Shown here: positions 11,307 through 24,487 of the stretch, piece by piece
Layout: each line of letters opens with the position of its first letter
Position numbering within the stretch: position 1 is the stretch's first letter
Assembly: GCA_965649765.1 (NCBI GenBank)
Contig: OZ287751.1
Coordinates: 22,754,001-22,818,000, forward strand
Origin: Bispira polyomma
Taxonomy: Eukaryota
Direction of reading: 5' to 3'
DNA length: 64,000 nucleotides
Position numbers and translations under genes: made by a program
Notes under the pieces: generated by a model
What the model saw: only the letters and a program-made list of their open reading frames with translations
Database searches by the model: none
Told to the model about the DNA's origin: nothing

Positions 11307-12608
11307 TTAACTCTGCGATTCACAGTCTCTGTGAATAACTGACAAATACTGATGTCTTTGGCTGCCATTCTCTTTAAGAGGCAACTTGGTGTCTCTGTCC
11401 AGTTTGTTTTTAGGGCAACAAGAGAAACATCCAACCAGTTTCTTCAGCATTAGCTTCAGTTGGTACCTAAACCTCTGGTAGCCAATAATCAAGACTGGGA
11501 AGTTTAATAGTACCCTACCGTATTGTATATAGAGGAAGACCCGCTCGAGGTAAAGGTTTCTGAGATTGAACTGTCCAGTCATATGATTCTGTAGATTGTA
11601 GATAACATTGTAGATGTAAATGCACTGTGCGGGTAAGGTGAATGTTAGGTAGATAGCCATGAAGATACAAAAGATGCTGCGCTCGCTTTCATTACCTCCG
11701 CTGTCTTGTACAGTATGCTTCACCATGGCAGAGGCTGATCGTGCCGTGAGGCGCACAGGGTGGGAAGAGCGGGCACGTTGTCTCAGGTAATGAGCTACTA
11801 TGAGGCATGTCAGGCTGGTGATGAGAAAATAGAGCAACAGGCTGTTCACAAACACTTCAACGATGGACAGAGTCTGGTGAGTGACCTTATACTGTGGCAG
11901 TGGCAGGCAGTAGTGCTTTGTACCCATGTGGTATTCTCCGTGAATCATGCTAAGATTCAAGTAAATGATGACTGCCACGATCACTACAGACACACAGACG
12001 ATTTTTGCCTTCACTGGCGAACTAAATTTGGGTTCCCATTCTGGCCAACAGGTGGAGATGTATCGGTCCAACACAAGCGAGAGCACACACCACTGAGAAA
12101 CAAACGTTGAGGCGTTGTGCATCATGGTGATGAACTGACACCAGCCTCCCATCTGGTAGGAATCAACAATCTGGCGGAAGTCTGTCAGCCACTCGTGAAA
12201 GAGCGTGAGAAGGTAAACCAGTTCACCCAGGAGGATCGCTACCATGTACACCGTAACTGAAAGACCTCGCATGGGATCATGAAGAAAGACACCCACGCAA
12301 AGGGAATTACCCACAATGCCGAGCACGCATAAGACTGGGGTGAAAGTCATATGAAGGGACATTACGAAGGATATTAGTAGAGCAGGTGCTTGCTGGCTGA
12401 CCATGTAAGATGTCTTGACTGATTCATCATATTCGTCAGCTAATGTGCTGTTTACTAGCCCCTCATATAGTCCAAATGGATGAAATGAGTATCCGCCTCC
12501 TTGAGTAATAGACTCTATCGAGACATCCTCATACGATTCATTCAGGCTCATTGATTTCAATGTTTTATCTCCAAGAGTATTGTAGGTGATATTAGTAATG
12601 ATCCCCAT
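11307..12608 (-). CDS. Single-exon rhodopsin-class (class A) GPCR, FMRFamide/peptide-receptor-like orphan, ~433 aa
   Basis: Intact ORF from first ATG at 12608; N-terminal NxS/T sites; 7 hydrophobic segments; TM1 GIVGN, TM3 Cys and DRY, ECL2 Cys, TM6 TLP, helix-8 RFR. Confidence 0.92.
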   Translation of the reverse strand: MGIITNITYNTLGDKTLKSMSLNESYEDVSIESITQGGGYSFHPFGLYEGLVNSTLADEYDESVKTSYMVSQQAPALLISFVMSLHMTFTPVLCVLGIVGNSLCVGVFLHDPMRGLSVTVYMVAILLGELVYLLTLFHEWLTDFRQIVDSYQMGGWCQFITMMHNASTFVSQWCVLSLVLDRYISTCWPEWEPKFSSPVKAKIVCVSVVIVAVIIYLNLSMIHGEYHMGTKHYCLPLPQYKVTHQTLSIVEVFVNSLLLYFLITSLTCLIVAHYLRQRARSSHPVRLTARSASAMVKHTVQDSGGNESERSIFCIFMAIYLTFTLPAQCIYIYNVIYNLQNHMTGQFNLRNLYLERVFLYIQYGRVLLNFPVLIIGYQRFRYQLKLMLKKLVGCFSCCPKNKLDRDTKLPLKENGSQRHQYLSVIHRDCESQS

Positions 12609-15061
12609 TTTCAAAGTAACCTTTTTTTAAATGTTACCTTAAGGGTAAAACAAGTTTAATATATATATTATAATTCAAAGAGGTAAATAAACTTCCTTTA
12701 TTTCCAAAAGTCATCAAGGTGGTGAAGTTGGTGAGTTAGGTCACTTTGTACACAACATATGGTAGCCATTCAATCTTAATTTAATTTATGATACAGTTCT
12801 TTCAATCTTATAAACTGCTGCACCAAACAATCAATAATAATAATAATGCTGAAGGCATGTTTAGATATACTTGATAATACGAAAAATTATTACCATGCAT
12901 CACAGTTCCACTTGGCATTATAACCTAGCTATCTGCTGTTAACAGTTCTTAATTCATAGAGAGCATCTGACTTATATAACTGGCATACTTACTGTCAAGT
13001 TGGCACACAATTGTCCTTGAGAGCAGTTTTCACCTTTATTTGTCATTTATCTATCTTATGACCAAGCTTTAATCTATATAGTCTCTTTAGATGCATAACA
13101 TTAAGATCCTTCTGTTGAATGTAAGTCTTAGAACACTTCTGCAGTTCTGTATCAGCTAGGTTTATTTATATTATACTTGCTGTAAATTGGTTAAGTCGTT
13201 TTTAACAGCTGATGTAAAACAACTTATATCTTTCCTAGCCCCTTTCTCAGCTCACACCCAATTTCTCTCCATTGGTGCAAGCTTGTAATCATCACTATTA
13301 TTTAAAATGTTTCTCCTATTTTCCAAGCACTTTTTTTAAAAAAATAATGGCTATTTTCATTGAATTTTAATTGAATAACACAAGAGTGTTGTGCATTTCC
13401 CCATTTTTTATATTGATAAAAAGGGCAATTTTAATCATATTGTGTTGCTTTTTAATTATGAAGACTTTTTTATGATTGTAATTAATCCAGTCAATACATG
13501 CCTTTGTTAGAGTAGTCAAGTAACTCATTCATTTTCTACAAACCTTATACCTGTAAAATTGACATCCTAGCCTGCCATACCTTTATGTCAGAACAAAATA
13601 TGATTGTGTTTTCCGACACCATCTTATTATTTCTCAACACACTCTGTGTTCTGTTATGTAACACAATACCACACAGGAGACTAAAGAGCACAAAATGTTT
13701 ACTCAGATGGAAACGTCTGATGATATCACAAGGTCAACTGTGGCAAGTGACTTTGACGTCAAATTGCTACTGAGATATTGGAGTCAGTTGTTTACACCAA
13801 CATAAGCCAATCAACACAAAATGATTGTAGGTGTTTTTGCAGTCTGTAGTTTCTAAAACTATGCTTGATTTATCCCAATATTTCATTATCAGTTTCTAAA
13901 AGCAAGTTCTTGATTTACCCACACAATGTTTTGTGTTGTAATCTTTACACAGGTAGAGAACAAATTGTTATCATATTTAATTTTCAATTTTATAACTTAA
14001 TATATCATAACACATGTAAAACAACACTTCTTCAGCTTATATATCTCTCTCTTAATAGTTTTAATTTCTAAGATGAAATATCTTCTTCATTCTATTTTAC
14101 CTGTTTATTTTATCATCATTATTTTGTTGATAAATTTACAATAACTTACTTAAATTCACACTTCAATAGCCAGAGACTTCACACAAAAACAAATCCAGTT
14201 CAAATGTAGAGATTATCCAATACTCATGTATGTTTTCAACAGTTCAAATAGAAGAGAAAACTACCATTTTAAAGCTTATTTGAGAAGCTTAGATGATTTA
14301 GCTACATTCTATTAAAGCTTTGAGATCCAGAAACAACACTATTTTAAGCTACCATAACCCTCTTTCCTCATAGTTTATATGAGACAGTGAAGAAACTTCC
14401 TCCTTTTTATTTCCCACCACAAGCCACAACTGTTGTGTGCTTACAGGCAGACAGAATTCCTAGAAAATCTAAAAGGCCCCCTTTAAATAGGACATTATTT
14501 CTCCTCCCTACCTCTCTTTCCACATTGCAGCAACACTTTGTATATATGTGTGTTTGTCTGTCAGTGTGTGTGTTGTGTGTTGACTTATGAAGAGCCAGTC
14601 GGCCAAACAGCGCCGTAAAACAGGGCGTTGGTTTTACATAAGAGGACTTCTTTGTTGCTCATAAATCTAGGCAAAACTGTGTCTTTATGGTCTTGGCAGA
14701 AAAAGCTCAAGTCTAGAACGTAAATCTGGCGACAAAAGCACGCCCACAGGGCTGGTTGTTTATATAATTATACCCTCCAACAAGAGGTGGTGTTTTCACC
14801 CCCTGTCGATTGGTTTGTTGTTTAAAAACTGAATTATTATGCAAGAACAACTGAACCCTTTTTTTCTTTTTTTTTTGGGGGGGCGGTGGTAAACATTATG
14901 GAAGGGCTATGTACTGGATGGGTCCAAGAAAGGTACATTAAATTACAGCATGGTGATTTGGATCATCAGCTAAGTGAATACTGAGTGCTGTTTAAGTGTA
15001 CTTTGCAAAAAATATTTACTTCATAGCTCAAAAATTACAAGGAAATATATGTGTGTGTGTG

Positions 15062-15270
15062 TGGGGGGGGGGGGGGGTGCTCAGTGGCACATAACTACCA
15101 CCTTTAAGTCTCAACCGGGGCTGCTTTAAGTGAGGAAAATTGGCAGTTACTTTATCGATGGTTTCTTGTTTACAGTGTAGAATCTTGACCAACTAGTATA
15201 CACTGCTTTCCCCTAGCACTAACACAGTCTGTGTTGACATGACCTATACAATATGTTGAAAGTGAAGCTA
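15062..15270 (+). mobile_element. Degenerate tRNA-derived SINE (same group as 41680-41898)
   Basis: Central GTGAGGAAAATTGGCAGTTACT...AGAATCTTGACCAACTAGTAT and tail ATGACCTATACAATATGTTGAAAGTG resemble the other copies. Confidence 0.55.
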
Positions 15271-16749
15271 GAATGCAAATTATATCAAAATAGAAATAGG
15301 TGTTGTTTTTTTGTTTAAACAAAATGTAAGTTAGTGATTCATCTCTTTTTGATATGCTATCACATAGAGGACATTAAGCAGTGTAGGTCTGTGTAGCTAA
15401 ATCACAGACCCTTTTTTTGATTTTGTACCACATGGTTGAAGTTTCCACTCTACTGGGTACTCCTTGTTGTTGTGAGGGTTTTATTTCCTGTAGAGCGTAT
15501 GTTCCAGAGTTGTTGTGGGGTATGTGTTTTTAAAAAGTGTATTCTGTTCCATTAGAAATGTCTCCAATTAAATCTACACTTATTCAGCATAATAGAAAAT
15601 AACCAAAAAGCTAATTTATGGATCTTTAACAATTAACACCATTCTTAATATATTAATTGTTACATATTTATACGAAACATTTTTCGTATAAAGAGGCATC
15701 GACAAATGCTGTTCAACAATAATACAAATTGTACTCTTACAAGACAAGTTATCATTGAGTTTATTGGTATCAATCTTAATTATCTAGTAGTTAATGTTTT
15801 TCAAAACCTCATTTAAACTTTTAATCTTGGTGAATAATGCTCTCTATTAAACGGTATAGCAATTCTAACATTCTAATTAATACAATGTCCTTTCGATAAC
15901 TGAAAGTGAGAGTTTTACATTTGCAACTGGCAGTTTTTTAGTGGAGGAAAGCAGTATGGGGTAGTTGGTCAATGGTTTCTGTTGCTGCAAAGGGCCGGCC
16001 TTCAGCAACTCTACTGCCAACTTGCTCACACATATCAGAATATATGCTATAGTCAAAAACATTGAATGCCAACTGCAGACGTGAAGGCCAAGAGTGGCCT
16101 CTGGGGCAACGAAACCCCATTCCTGAAAAGTAAGAAGGTTGCCATTCTAACAAGTCATTAACCAATTGCCAGGTTGTTAAAAGGTAATGGCTCCAAATTA
16201 TATCTTCATTATTTTCATTAGGGGAGTTTTTCTAATATTAAGTGGTTAACACTATAATAACCCTATAATTTACCCTATCAGATATCAATCTATTTATCTT
16301 TTTGGAAAGTAAAAAGGTTGGTATTCTAACAAGCTACTGACGTCTGGCTAGGTTTTTACTATGTAATGACTCCAATCTTCATCTTCATTAGGGGAGTGTC
16401 TCTGACCATAAATGTCTAAAGCTAATTAGTACTCGGGTAATTTTTACTCTATTTTTTACAGGTTATTGAGCCACATAGTATTTATTTTTTTCTCTGGTAT
16501 TATAAGGATGAAGGATATGAGCCTTCAATTATTACTCTACCTTATACCAGTTTCTTTGTTTCAGTTGTATATAAAGCCAAATAATATTTCTTTTTTGTCT
16601 GGTGTGACAAGTAATTACCCCTCAATTATTATCTCAATTGTATCACTCACCTCAGGTTATCGCGCCAAGTAGTAGTCGTAGTAAATGTGAAAATGTGTGT
16701 GTGTAGGTTTATAGTCTGATATCACCTCAATTGAGAACTCAGCTGACTT

Positions 16750-16975
16750 TACAGTTTACACCCCCAGCCTGGGTTCTTTCACTTGTCAACCAGTTGTTCA
16801 GTCTCAGCTCCCTGAGGAAGCATACTAGCCTGCTGTCACATACGGCTCACAAAGACGAACACCCATAAGTGGCCAGGTACCAATTTATACACCTGGGTGG
16901 AGAGGGACAACTTTGTGCTAAGCACCTTGTCCAAGGGTACAATCTCTAGGTCTGTAGTGAGTATCGAACCGGAGC
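16750..16975 (-). mobile_element. tRNA-derived SINE with CORE-like domain
   Basis: Minus-strand B-box GGTTCGATACT, CCTTGGACAAGGTGCTT and CCACCCAGGTGTATAAATTGGTACC; homologous copy at 49865-50105. Confidence 0.65.
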
Positions 16976-17469
16976 TCTTAATAGCTCTCTCCCCTTTAAA
17001 TAGCTATTTACACCCTCTATACATAGTAATCCAGTTTTCTGAAGTCTTTTGTCCTTACAAAAAAAATATTTGATATTATAAACAATGCTACTCACACGAT
17101 TTCCATAACACATTAACCACAGAAAATATATCTAAATTATTATATAGTTACATATTTATATTCATATTTTGGCAGTTAAAAGATTTAAATATATTTATAT
17201 ACATTTATGTGGGGTTTTTCTTTAATTTAGTAAGTTTAGGGTTTCATGCCACGTTTAACATTTGTAGTTTACTGGTGAAGGGAACCATGTCCAAATTAAT
17301 TTATCTTGCTTGATTTGCTGTAAACCACTGGCCTTCAACCAGTCCACTTCTAACATTCTCACATGCATGCCTGAACAGCAGAATTAGTGATCTAAAAATG
17401 AAGTCCATGGTCATAGCAAGGTTGTAAAGAAAGATGTGGGGGCATTTTGAAGGGAAACTAAGGTGAGTA

Positions 17470-17690
17470 TGTGAGGTTAAAAAGGTCGGTTTTGAGCTTT
17501 TTCCTAGTATCTACTGATCTGAGGTCAAATAAGAGACTGTTTCATAAAAAGGAAGCAGCAATGGATAAAGTTCTGGAAGAAACAGAGCGTCTGTTGCCTC
17601 TATTCAGGCTACTGAAAGAGAGAAGAAAAGCAAGGTAGGAGGGCTGTTGAATGGCTACAGCCTTGAAAGTTGTAACATGAATTTTGAACA
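17470..17690 (-). mobile_element. L2/CR1-type LINE 3' remnant
   Basis: Homologous to 26700-26870 (GTATCTACTGATCTGA.GTC, GTCT.TTGCCTCT..TCAG.CT.CTGAAA); ends in ...KKLKT.LF-like coding. Confidence 0.55.
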
Positions 17691-18256
17691 AAATTGAAAA
17701 AATCGATAAAAAATACAAGTATTAAAAGCTACATGATGTTTTATTTGAAAGAAGGATGTCTCCTGAGCATATCTAACCCTGTTGTACTCAATATTTTATG
17801 TCGTACACCCAAATATCACAACTTATTTGACGGTATCATCTGTCAATTATAGATGGAAAAAGCTAAAATTGGCAAAATGATACCCAAAAGGTTGTAAAAA
17901 GGTTGTAAAAGGTTGAATTTTATATAAAATATTACCAAAATAAGTGTTTTACCTCCCCCCGCCCTTCGGCGGCATTGTTTTTGACTATCTTGCAAATTTC
18001 CTTGTAATCCTCGGCTTTGACATGCAAATAAAATTACTTTAATAAGTTCTACATATAGCCACAAAGACTAGAAGTAAGCTACCCTACCCAAAATAAAAAA
18101 TATACCCACCACTGAAGACAACAGCGTCCAGATGTTACACTCCAAATCTGAAATTGTCGCAATGCTCTCTTCCTCATTTCATGAAATAAAATATTGCTCA
18201 TTCCATAAATAAGTAAAGAAATGTGCGAAATTTTTAGCTTCTTTATTTAGTTTATG

Positions 18257-18510
18257 TAGCTTCTTAATGTTGGCATGCTTTGGTTACAGCCACCCACCCA
18301 AAGTCATTTAGCTTCTCATTGTTGACATACTTTGGTTATAGTCATCCATACAAGGGTATTTGGCTTGTCATTGGTGATATACTTTGGATATGGTCTCCCA
18401 TCCAAGGTTCGTTAGCGTGTCACTAGTGACATACATTAGTTATAGTCTCTCATCCTAGGTTCGTTAGTGGGTCACTGGTGACATAGTTTGGTCTAGTTTA
18501 TAACCTAGGC
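18257..18510. repeat. 52-bp tandem repeat, ~5 diverged copies
   Basis: Unit starts at 18257, 18309, 18361, 18413 and 18465. Confidence 0.85.
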
Positions 18511-18730
18511 AGAGACAAATGGTGATGCTTGATCACATCAAATGATCTTGCTTTCGACTGATTATAGGGTTCAAATCCTATTCCTTAAAATTGGAAAGTA
18601 TGTCAGGTATGTCGGTGGTTTACAGTGCCTGTTACATCACTTGTTTCATCCACCCCCACTCCCCCCTTGAATTCTGCTCTCGCAATATGACCTAAGCTGT
18701 TGAAATTGACATAAAAACCCAACTAAATTC
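18510..18730 (+). mobile_element. Degenerate tRNA-derived SINE
   Basis: B-box GGTTCAAATCC, GGAAAGTATGTCAG..GTCGGTGGTTTACAG and tail ATATGACCTAAGCTGTTGAAA. Confidence 0.5.
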
Positions 18731-21700
18731 TAAATTCAACCATTTGGCTGCTTATACTATACTAATGAAAAATAAAGAACCCAATTGGTTTGTACACTGA
18801 AAACTTTACTAGATACTTTGATGTGCCCCCATCCCTCGATCAAATTTAATGCAAATCGAATAAGTAAGGTTTTTTTCCAAATTCCTTGGATGAGGGTCTT
18901 CTGTTACTGTGAAATGTTATTCCTAGTATTGTTTTATTGTTTCACCATCTGGAACTGTCACAAGTATATGTTTTAATAGGTACACAAAAACAGAGGGCCA
19001 AATTATCAGGATCAATTAACCATAGAAAGTGCTTTTCGTGTTTTTTTTTTATTTACCACGTCCTTTAGCATTACCAAGTAAACAATCTTTCTGTTGTTTT
19101 GTCCACAAGCTTGCAAAAGAAAAGTGGAAAAAAGATTAATTGTGAGGAAATTGATCATTTTCATAAAACATCTACTGCACTTAATGATTTATTTTGTTAA
19201 TCATTTTAACCAGACACACCTAGAATAGTTAATAAACATTTGGTCCATTTATGTAAACTAATCAGGCCAGACGCAATAATGCTAGATCTAAGTAGCTACA
19301 GTTTCCTCTGTCCATCTACTTCACGGACCCAGCCTCAAGACCAAAGAAGAATTATGTAAGTCCATTACGGGCTCCGAGTGATATTTGTGGCTTCAGTATT
19401 AACGCCCACATGGTTCATCTTAGACCTGTCATACAACATGGCACCCCCCCCCCTCTCCGACCTAAAAAATAAGTAAAATAAAATTTTAGTAGCAAAATCA
19501 TTATGGAAAATTATAATTGGTCATTGCTTTTTACCTATTTAAACACTACCCATCAGCTAATGATTGGTATTATTAGATACCTCTGTACATATAAATCTTT
19601 TCCTGATTGACATCCCAAGATTCTTTTAGTCTGGCACTGGGAGGATTGAAGGCAGTGACGTCAAACCATTTTTTGAAGTGCTTATATAATTATATGGCTT
19701 TGAGGGTTTTTTTTATGTTAATTGATATTATTATTGACATATATACATGGCATTTAAGTATTTAAATATATCTGTAGTTACGGTAACAGTAATGTCAGTA
19801 AGGTCACCTGAACAAATTAAAATAGCCTTAACATAACATTTAAGGTATTTACGGTCACCTTACACTGGTGACCCAGTTTGAGCATATAGTAAACTTAAGC
19901 TAACCTCAATGTGGTTTTTAAATCGAAACAGTAGAGGTACTTAATATCATCTTACAGTGGTGACCCAGCTTGAGGTGAACCATAGTCAAATTAGGCTAAC
20001 CTCAAGCTCGTTGTTATTCAAGTTAAGGCCATAATAAACTGGTGGCTGTATGTTTAGTGTAATAGATCATAAGCATGTATAATCATGTATAACCTTGCAT
20101 GATATGTAAATACATAATAGTAATAGTGTAATATATAATAAAATAATAACCACAGTAATTATAGTCTATTATACATATAAACATATATATACATATCTGT
20201 ATGCATAATTTTTTTTCATCAGCAGCAAAATTTAATTGTGTTTTTATGGTTGCACTAGGTGAAACACATTACTACAACATAGTACATACCACTGTCAATG
20301 TGTTAATTGAATGAATACGGTTCATTGTGTTAATTAAATGAATACTGGAAATTGTATCCTGATTTAGCTTTCCTTAAAAAGCCTTTGTTATGGATGTTTT
20401 GTCATTGGACATTAAGTGGTTCAAAGTGAAGGCAGGTGAAACTAACGGAAAACATAAGTTGTGATAACTTTCCTAATTGAGAAAGGTGATATATCTTATA
20501 TTGAAACAAGAAAAAATACATTTAGTAGCCATTGTGCCATTTACATCAACAGTGACCTTAGTTTGATTTTCAGCTTCCTTATATTTTACACCAACACTTG
20601 TAAATATATACATACTAGTTATATTTAAATTAAACCTGGGGATTTACGTACATATGTTTATATAGAATGCGATAACTACCATAATTTTTGCATTGACCTT
20701 AACCATTGCACAAAATCAGGTTTTTAATTCAATGTCTCAAAATGACAAAAATTAAGTGACATTTTTTACATACATAGTATGAACTTTACACAAAGTTAAA
20801 TCTTTTTAACTAAAATGTTTACCCACATACTTTAAGGCTACTGTAATCTCAGTTCTTTCAATGTAAGTGTCTCAACTTAAGTGCAATGATTTTTGGTGGA
20901 ATTTTATTTGGGTTTTTATGTCCTCTTAGTTTAGCTTGGATCATGGCCAAATTCAATGGTGGAAAAAAGCACTGCTGAAGTACTTTAAACCACAGCCCTA
21001 TGATATTTCTAGTACCTACGAAACTTTTTCAAGTAGAGGAACGAATAGGTTTGAAACTCACATTAGACAGATACCAGTCACATGAAACCACTAGTCATCT
21101 CTGCCCCCAACACCTAGTGGACAGTTGTGGCATGAAACGAAGAGGCATCTATTAAAGTTCACTACCACTCCGGGTAAAAGGGCAGATACAGCAATTGTTG
21201 GGAGTTGTTTCACTTGTCAATACTGCAATGCCTTCAGCTAGGCCAAGGAATGTACTCTACTGAGTGCCCTTTTAGTATCTAAATTATACAAATCAAACAT
21301 TGAAAATAACCTGGAAAAACTGAAATAGGGAATTTTTTTTTTTTTTTTGAAGTTACATCGATAAACATTGCAGTCATTTTGTTGATTTGATTGACTTTTT
21401 TTAATATACTTTTTCGATTGATTGATTTTTTAACAATTATTCGACCTTGCAGTGGGATTTTGTACATGTACTTTATTACTTTATTAACGCTTTCATTTAA
21501 ACAATTAATTAACATTAAACTCTATCAGAATTATCGATTGTGTGAGCATCAGGGTCATGAGAGAGGTTCAATAACTTTAAAGCAGAAATTAAAATGTACT
21601 ACCAAAAAAATAACACACAAATTTGATCTCATATTATTCACATTTCTTAGTGTACAAGTATAAAATATAAAAAAAAATAGGTTGTTTTGCTTAAAAACCG

Positions 21701-22406
21701 GGGATAGTGTTCAATTGAATCTCGCAAAGAAATGTTTGCCCAAGCCAAAAAAAATATAAACATTGTTTTATTTTAAGGAGTGCCTGCCTGTATACAGGAG
21801 ATTCACCCGTCTACTTCTTTGTAAAAGTTAATCTAATTGTACTCCAAGACCTGGCGGCAATGGATAAACTAGTTACACATTTTGATTTGTCTTTTTGGTA
21901 TGGAAATCTATAAAAAAAAATGCTAATCGGAAAGAAAACATGCCACGTAATAAACTCTTTTTTTGCGGGTTTCTGATGTTTATTTTGGCCAGATAGTTTG
22001 TTTTTAAATACAAAGTATGTGTATTCTTGTTTTTTATAATACATTGTTATTCAAAATATAACATGTATGTACCACACAATAGTACTCATGACCAAATTAC
22101 TACCAAAAAAACTACCAGTTCAAACAAGCAGTACAAAGAAACACATTTAAAGATTGGCAAAAAAACGAATAATCCAATTAGAAGTGAGGCACCTAATAAA
22201 AAGTTCACCCTGTTAAACCAACGTAACAAGGAATATTTTTCATATTGAAAACTTCTGAGAAATCCACTGCTTTTGCAGAAAAACTTTTGTATCTTTTAAA
22301 TGTGAGACTCTATGGAGCCCCTTTTAGGACATACAGAGTGTGCGTGATATTGCACATCGTTAAAGCGTAACAATATTGACAATATGGCAAAAATCATAGT
22401 CCTTAA

Positions 22407-23017
22407 GCCTCAGTCACAATGGGATTAAGTGTCGATTAAGTTTTAAAAAAAATGGCTAAAAATAGCACACGTAAGGAGAAATCTAGGTATTTTTGTAATA
22501 GGCGTAGTTTACCAAAGTGTGCATATACATATTAAGTGACACGGTCCTTTAATTGAATCATTTGAGCCATTCTCGATGATCTCCACTAAAACGGCTGGTG
22601 AATTGGCGGGAAACGTCTTAGACATCTTGAATGCACATATAACATAAATGACGGCAGTAAGACATACTATACATGCAAATAATAACTAGAAACGTGAACG
22701 GTGTGAATGAAGTGAAAGAGGGTAACAAGAGAGAATAAAACTAAAACATGTTTAAAAACCGGGCTAACATATTTAGAAACTTAGCTAACAGTACAACACA
22801 ATTGAAACAGCTATACAAATTTATTGAATGCATTAGAAAAGTGGCAAAAAATGTGTTGAATGTGTGTACAAACATGTACAGAACATGTACAAATAGCCCA
22901 TACATAAAAATTTTTTTTAGTTACGGTTTTCGAATTTAACTTCATTAATTTTAGTTTACTTCGCTTCTTTAAAAAAATCACGAATCAAATGTAAACACAA
23001 ACGTTTGTGATTGTAGG
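22407..23017. mobile_element. Harbinger-like MITE remnant
   Basis: TAA then GCCTCAGTCACAA at the left and TTGTGATTGTAGG at the right; resembles the GCCCCAGTCACAC TIR at 51346-52383. Confidence 0.45.
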
Positions 23018-23781
23018 GGGAGTGTGGAGGAGGGAAATTTCTATTGAGGGTAAGTAAGCCTGAAGAGATTGGTTTTAAAACGGTTTTTGAAATGTTTATC
23101 ATATCACCTGGCCCGTTTCAACCATGAAAATGTCATAATGACGTCACAGTGGATAATAAAATGCTGTGAGCTTTAATCTGGGTGGAAAAAAAGTATTTTA
23201 TCTCCTAACAGGGACTCTGTAAAAGCCTACATAGATAAACTGTACATATTCCACATTGCAAAACTTTAATAAAAACAATAATAATCGTCACAATGAATAA
23301 TTCCCAATGTACGTCTCTTACAGTCTTTTTTATGCTGTATAATACAGTAATAAAAGTTATTGTTTGATATGTCGGGCTAATTTATTCTTCAGTAAGAAAG
23401 TGTAGGTCATACTAAGTCTAAACAGTTTACAGGTGCTCTAGGCAGATATTCTGCTCAGTGACAATATGCTGTACCTTTAAGGCATTTGTACACCGCCACC
23501 TACACAACACTACAAAATAATTGTAGCAAGATAATATATAAAGATTATATAGACACAACACTGCACTTTATGGAGAGGGACTTTTTATGGATTATGCAGT
23601 ACTGTGTCGCGTTCAATGTACATAGTACTGTCATGATGCGGTGTCGTCGCCTGTGTTGTAGTGTCGTGTAGTTGGCATTCAAAATTTACAACCTTTTATA
23701 TTACCGTTTCACAAAATCTGTACTCATTAGTTCAGCATCACCTGGTCAGCTGACTCTTACAGCAAGTAAAATAAATTTCAC

Positions 23782-24487
23782 GATGGGTATATTGGTAATG
23801 GAATCTTGTCCTGATGGGTATATTGGTGATTGGATCTTTTCCTGGTGGGTATATTGGTGATGAAATCTTGTCCTGACAGGTAAATTGTGGAGAGTATCTT
23901 GTTCTGATGGGTATATTGTTGATGGGGTCTTGTCCTGATGGGTAAATTGGTAATTGGACAGTTGTCCTGATGGGTATATTGGTGATGGAATCTTGTTCTG
24001 ATGGGAATATTGGTGATGGGATATTGTTCTGATGGGTCCATTCATGGTGAGAATTTAATCTGATGGGAATATTCGTGATGGGATCTTGTCCTGATGGGTA
24101 TATTGGTGATGGAATCTTGTTCTGCTGGATATATTGGTTATGAGGTCTTGTCCTGATTTGTATATTGGTGATGGAATCTTGTTCTGGTGGATATATTGGT
24201 GATGGAATCTTGTTTTCATGGGTATATTAGTGATGGAATCTTGTTCTGATGAGTATATTGGTGATGTGATCTTATTCTGATAAGTACATTGGTGATGTGA
24301 TCTTATTCTGATGGGTATATTGGTGATGGGATCTTGTTCTGATGGGTCTATTCATAGTGGGATCTTTTCATGATAGGTATATTTGTGATAGGACACTTGT
24401 CCTGATGAGTCTATTGCTGATGAGATCTTGACATGAGGGGTATACTGGTGACGGGATCTTGTAATGATGGGTATATTGGTGATGGGA
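23782..24487. repeat. 31-bp minisatellite, ~22 copies, consensus CTGATGGGTATATTGGTGATGGAATCTTGTT
   Basis: Units recur at 23811, 23842, 23873, 23904, 23935 and onward. Confidence 0.95.

Noticed and set aside
23782-24487. CRISPR-like array or repetitive protein ORFs (HHQYTHQ...)
   Set aside because: Units are contiguous with no unique spacers, no cas genes are present, the context is eukaryotic, and the 31-bp period is not a multiple of 3.
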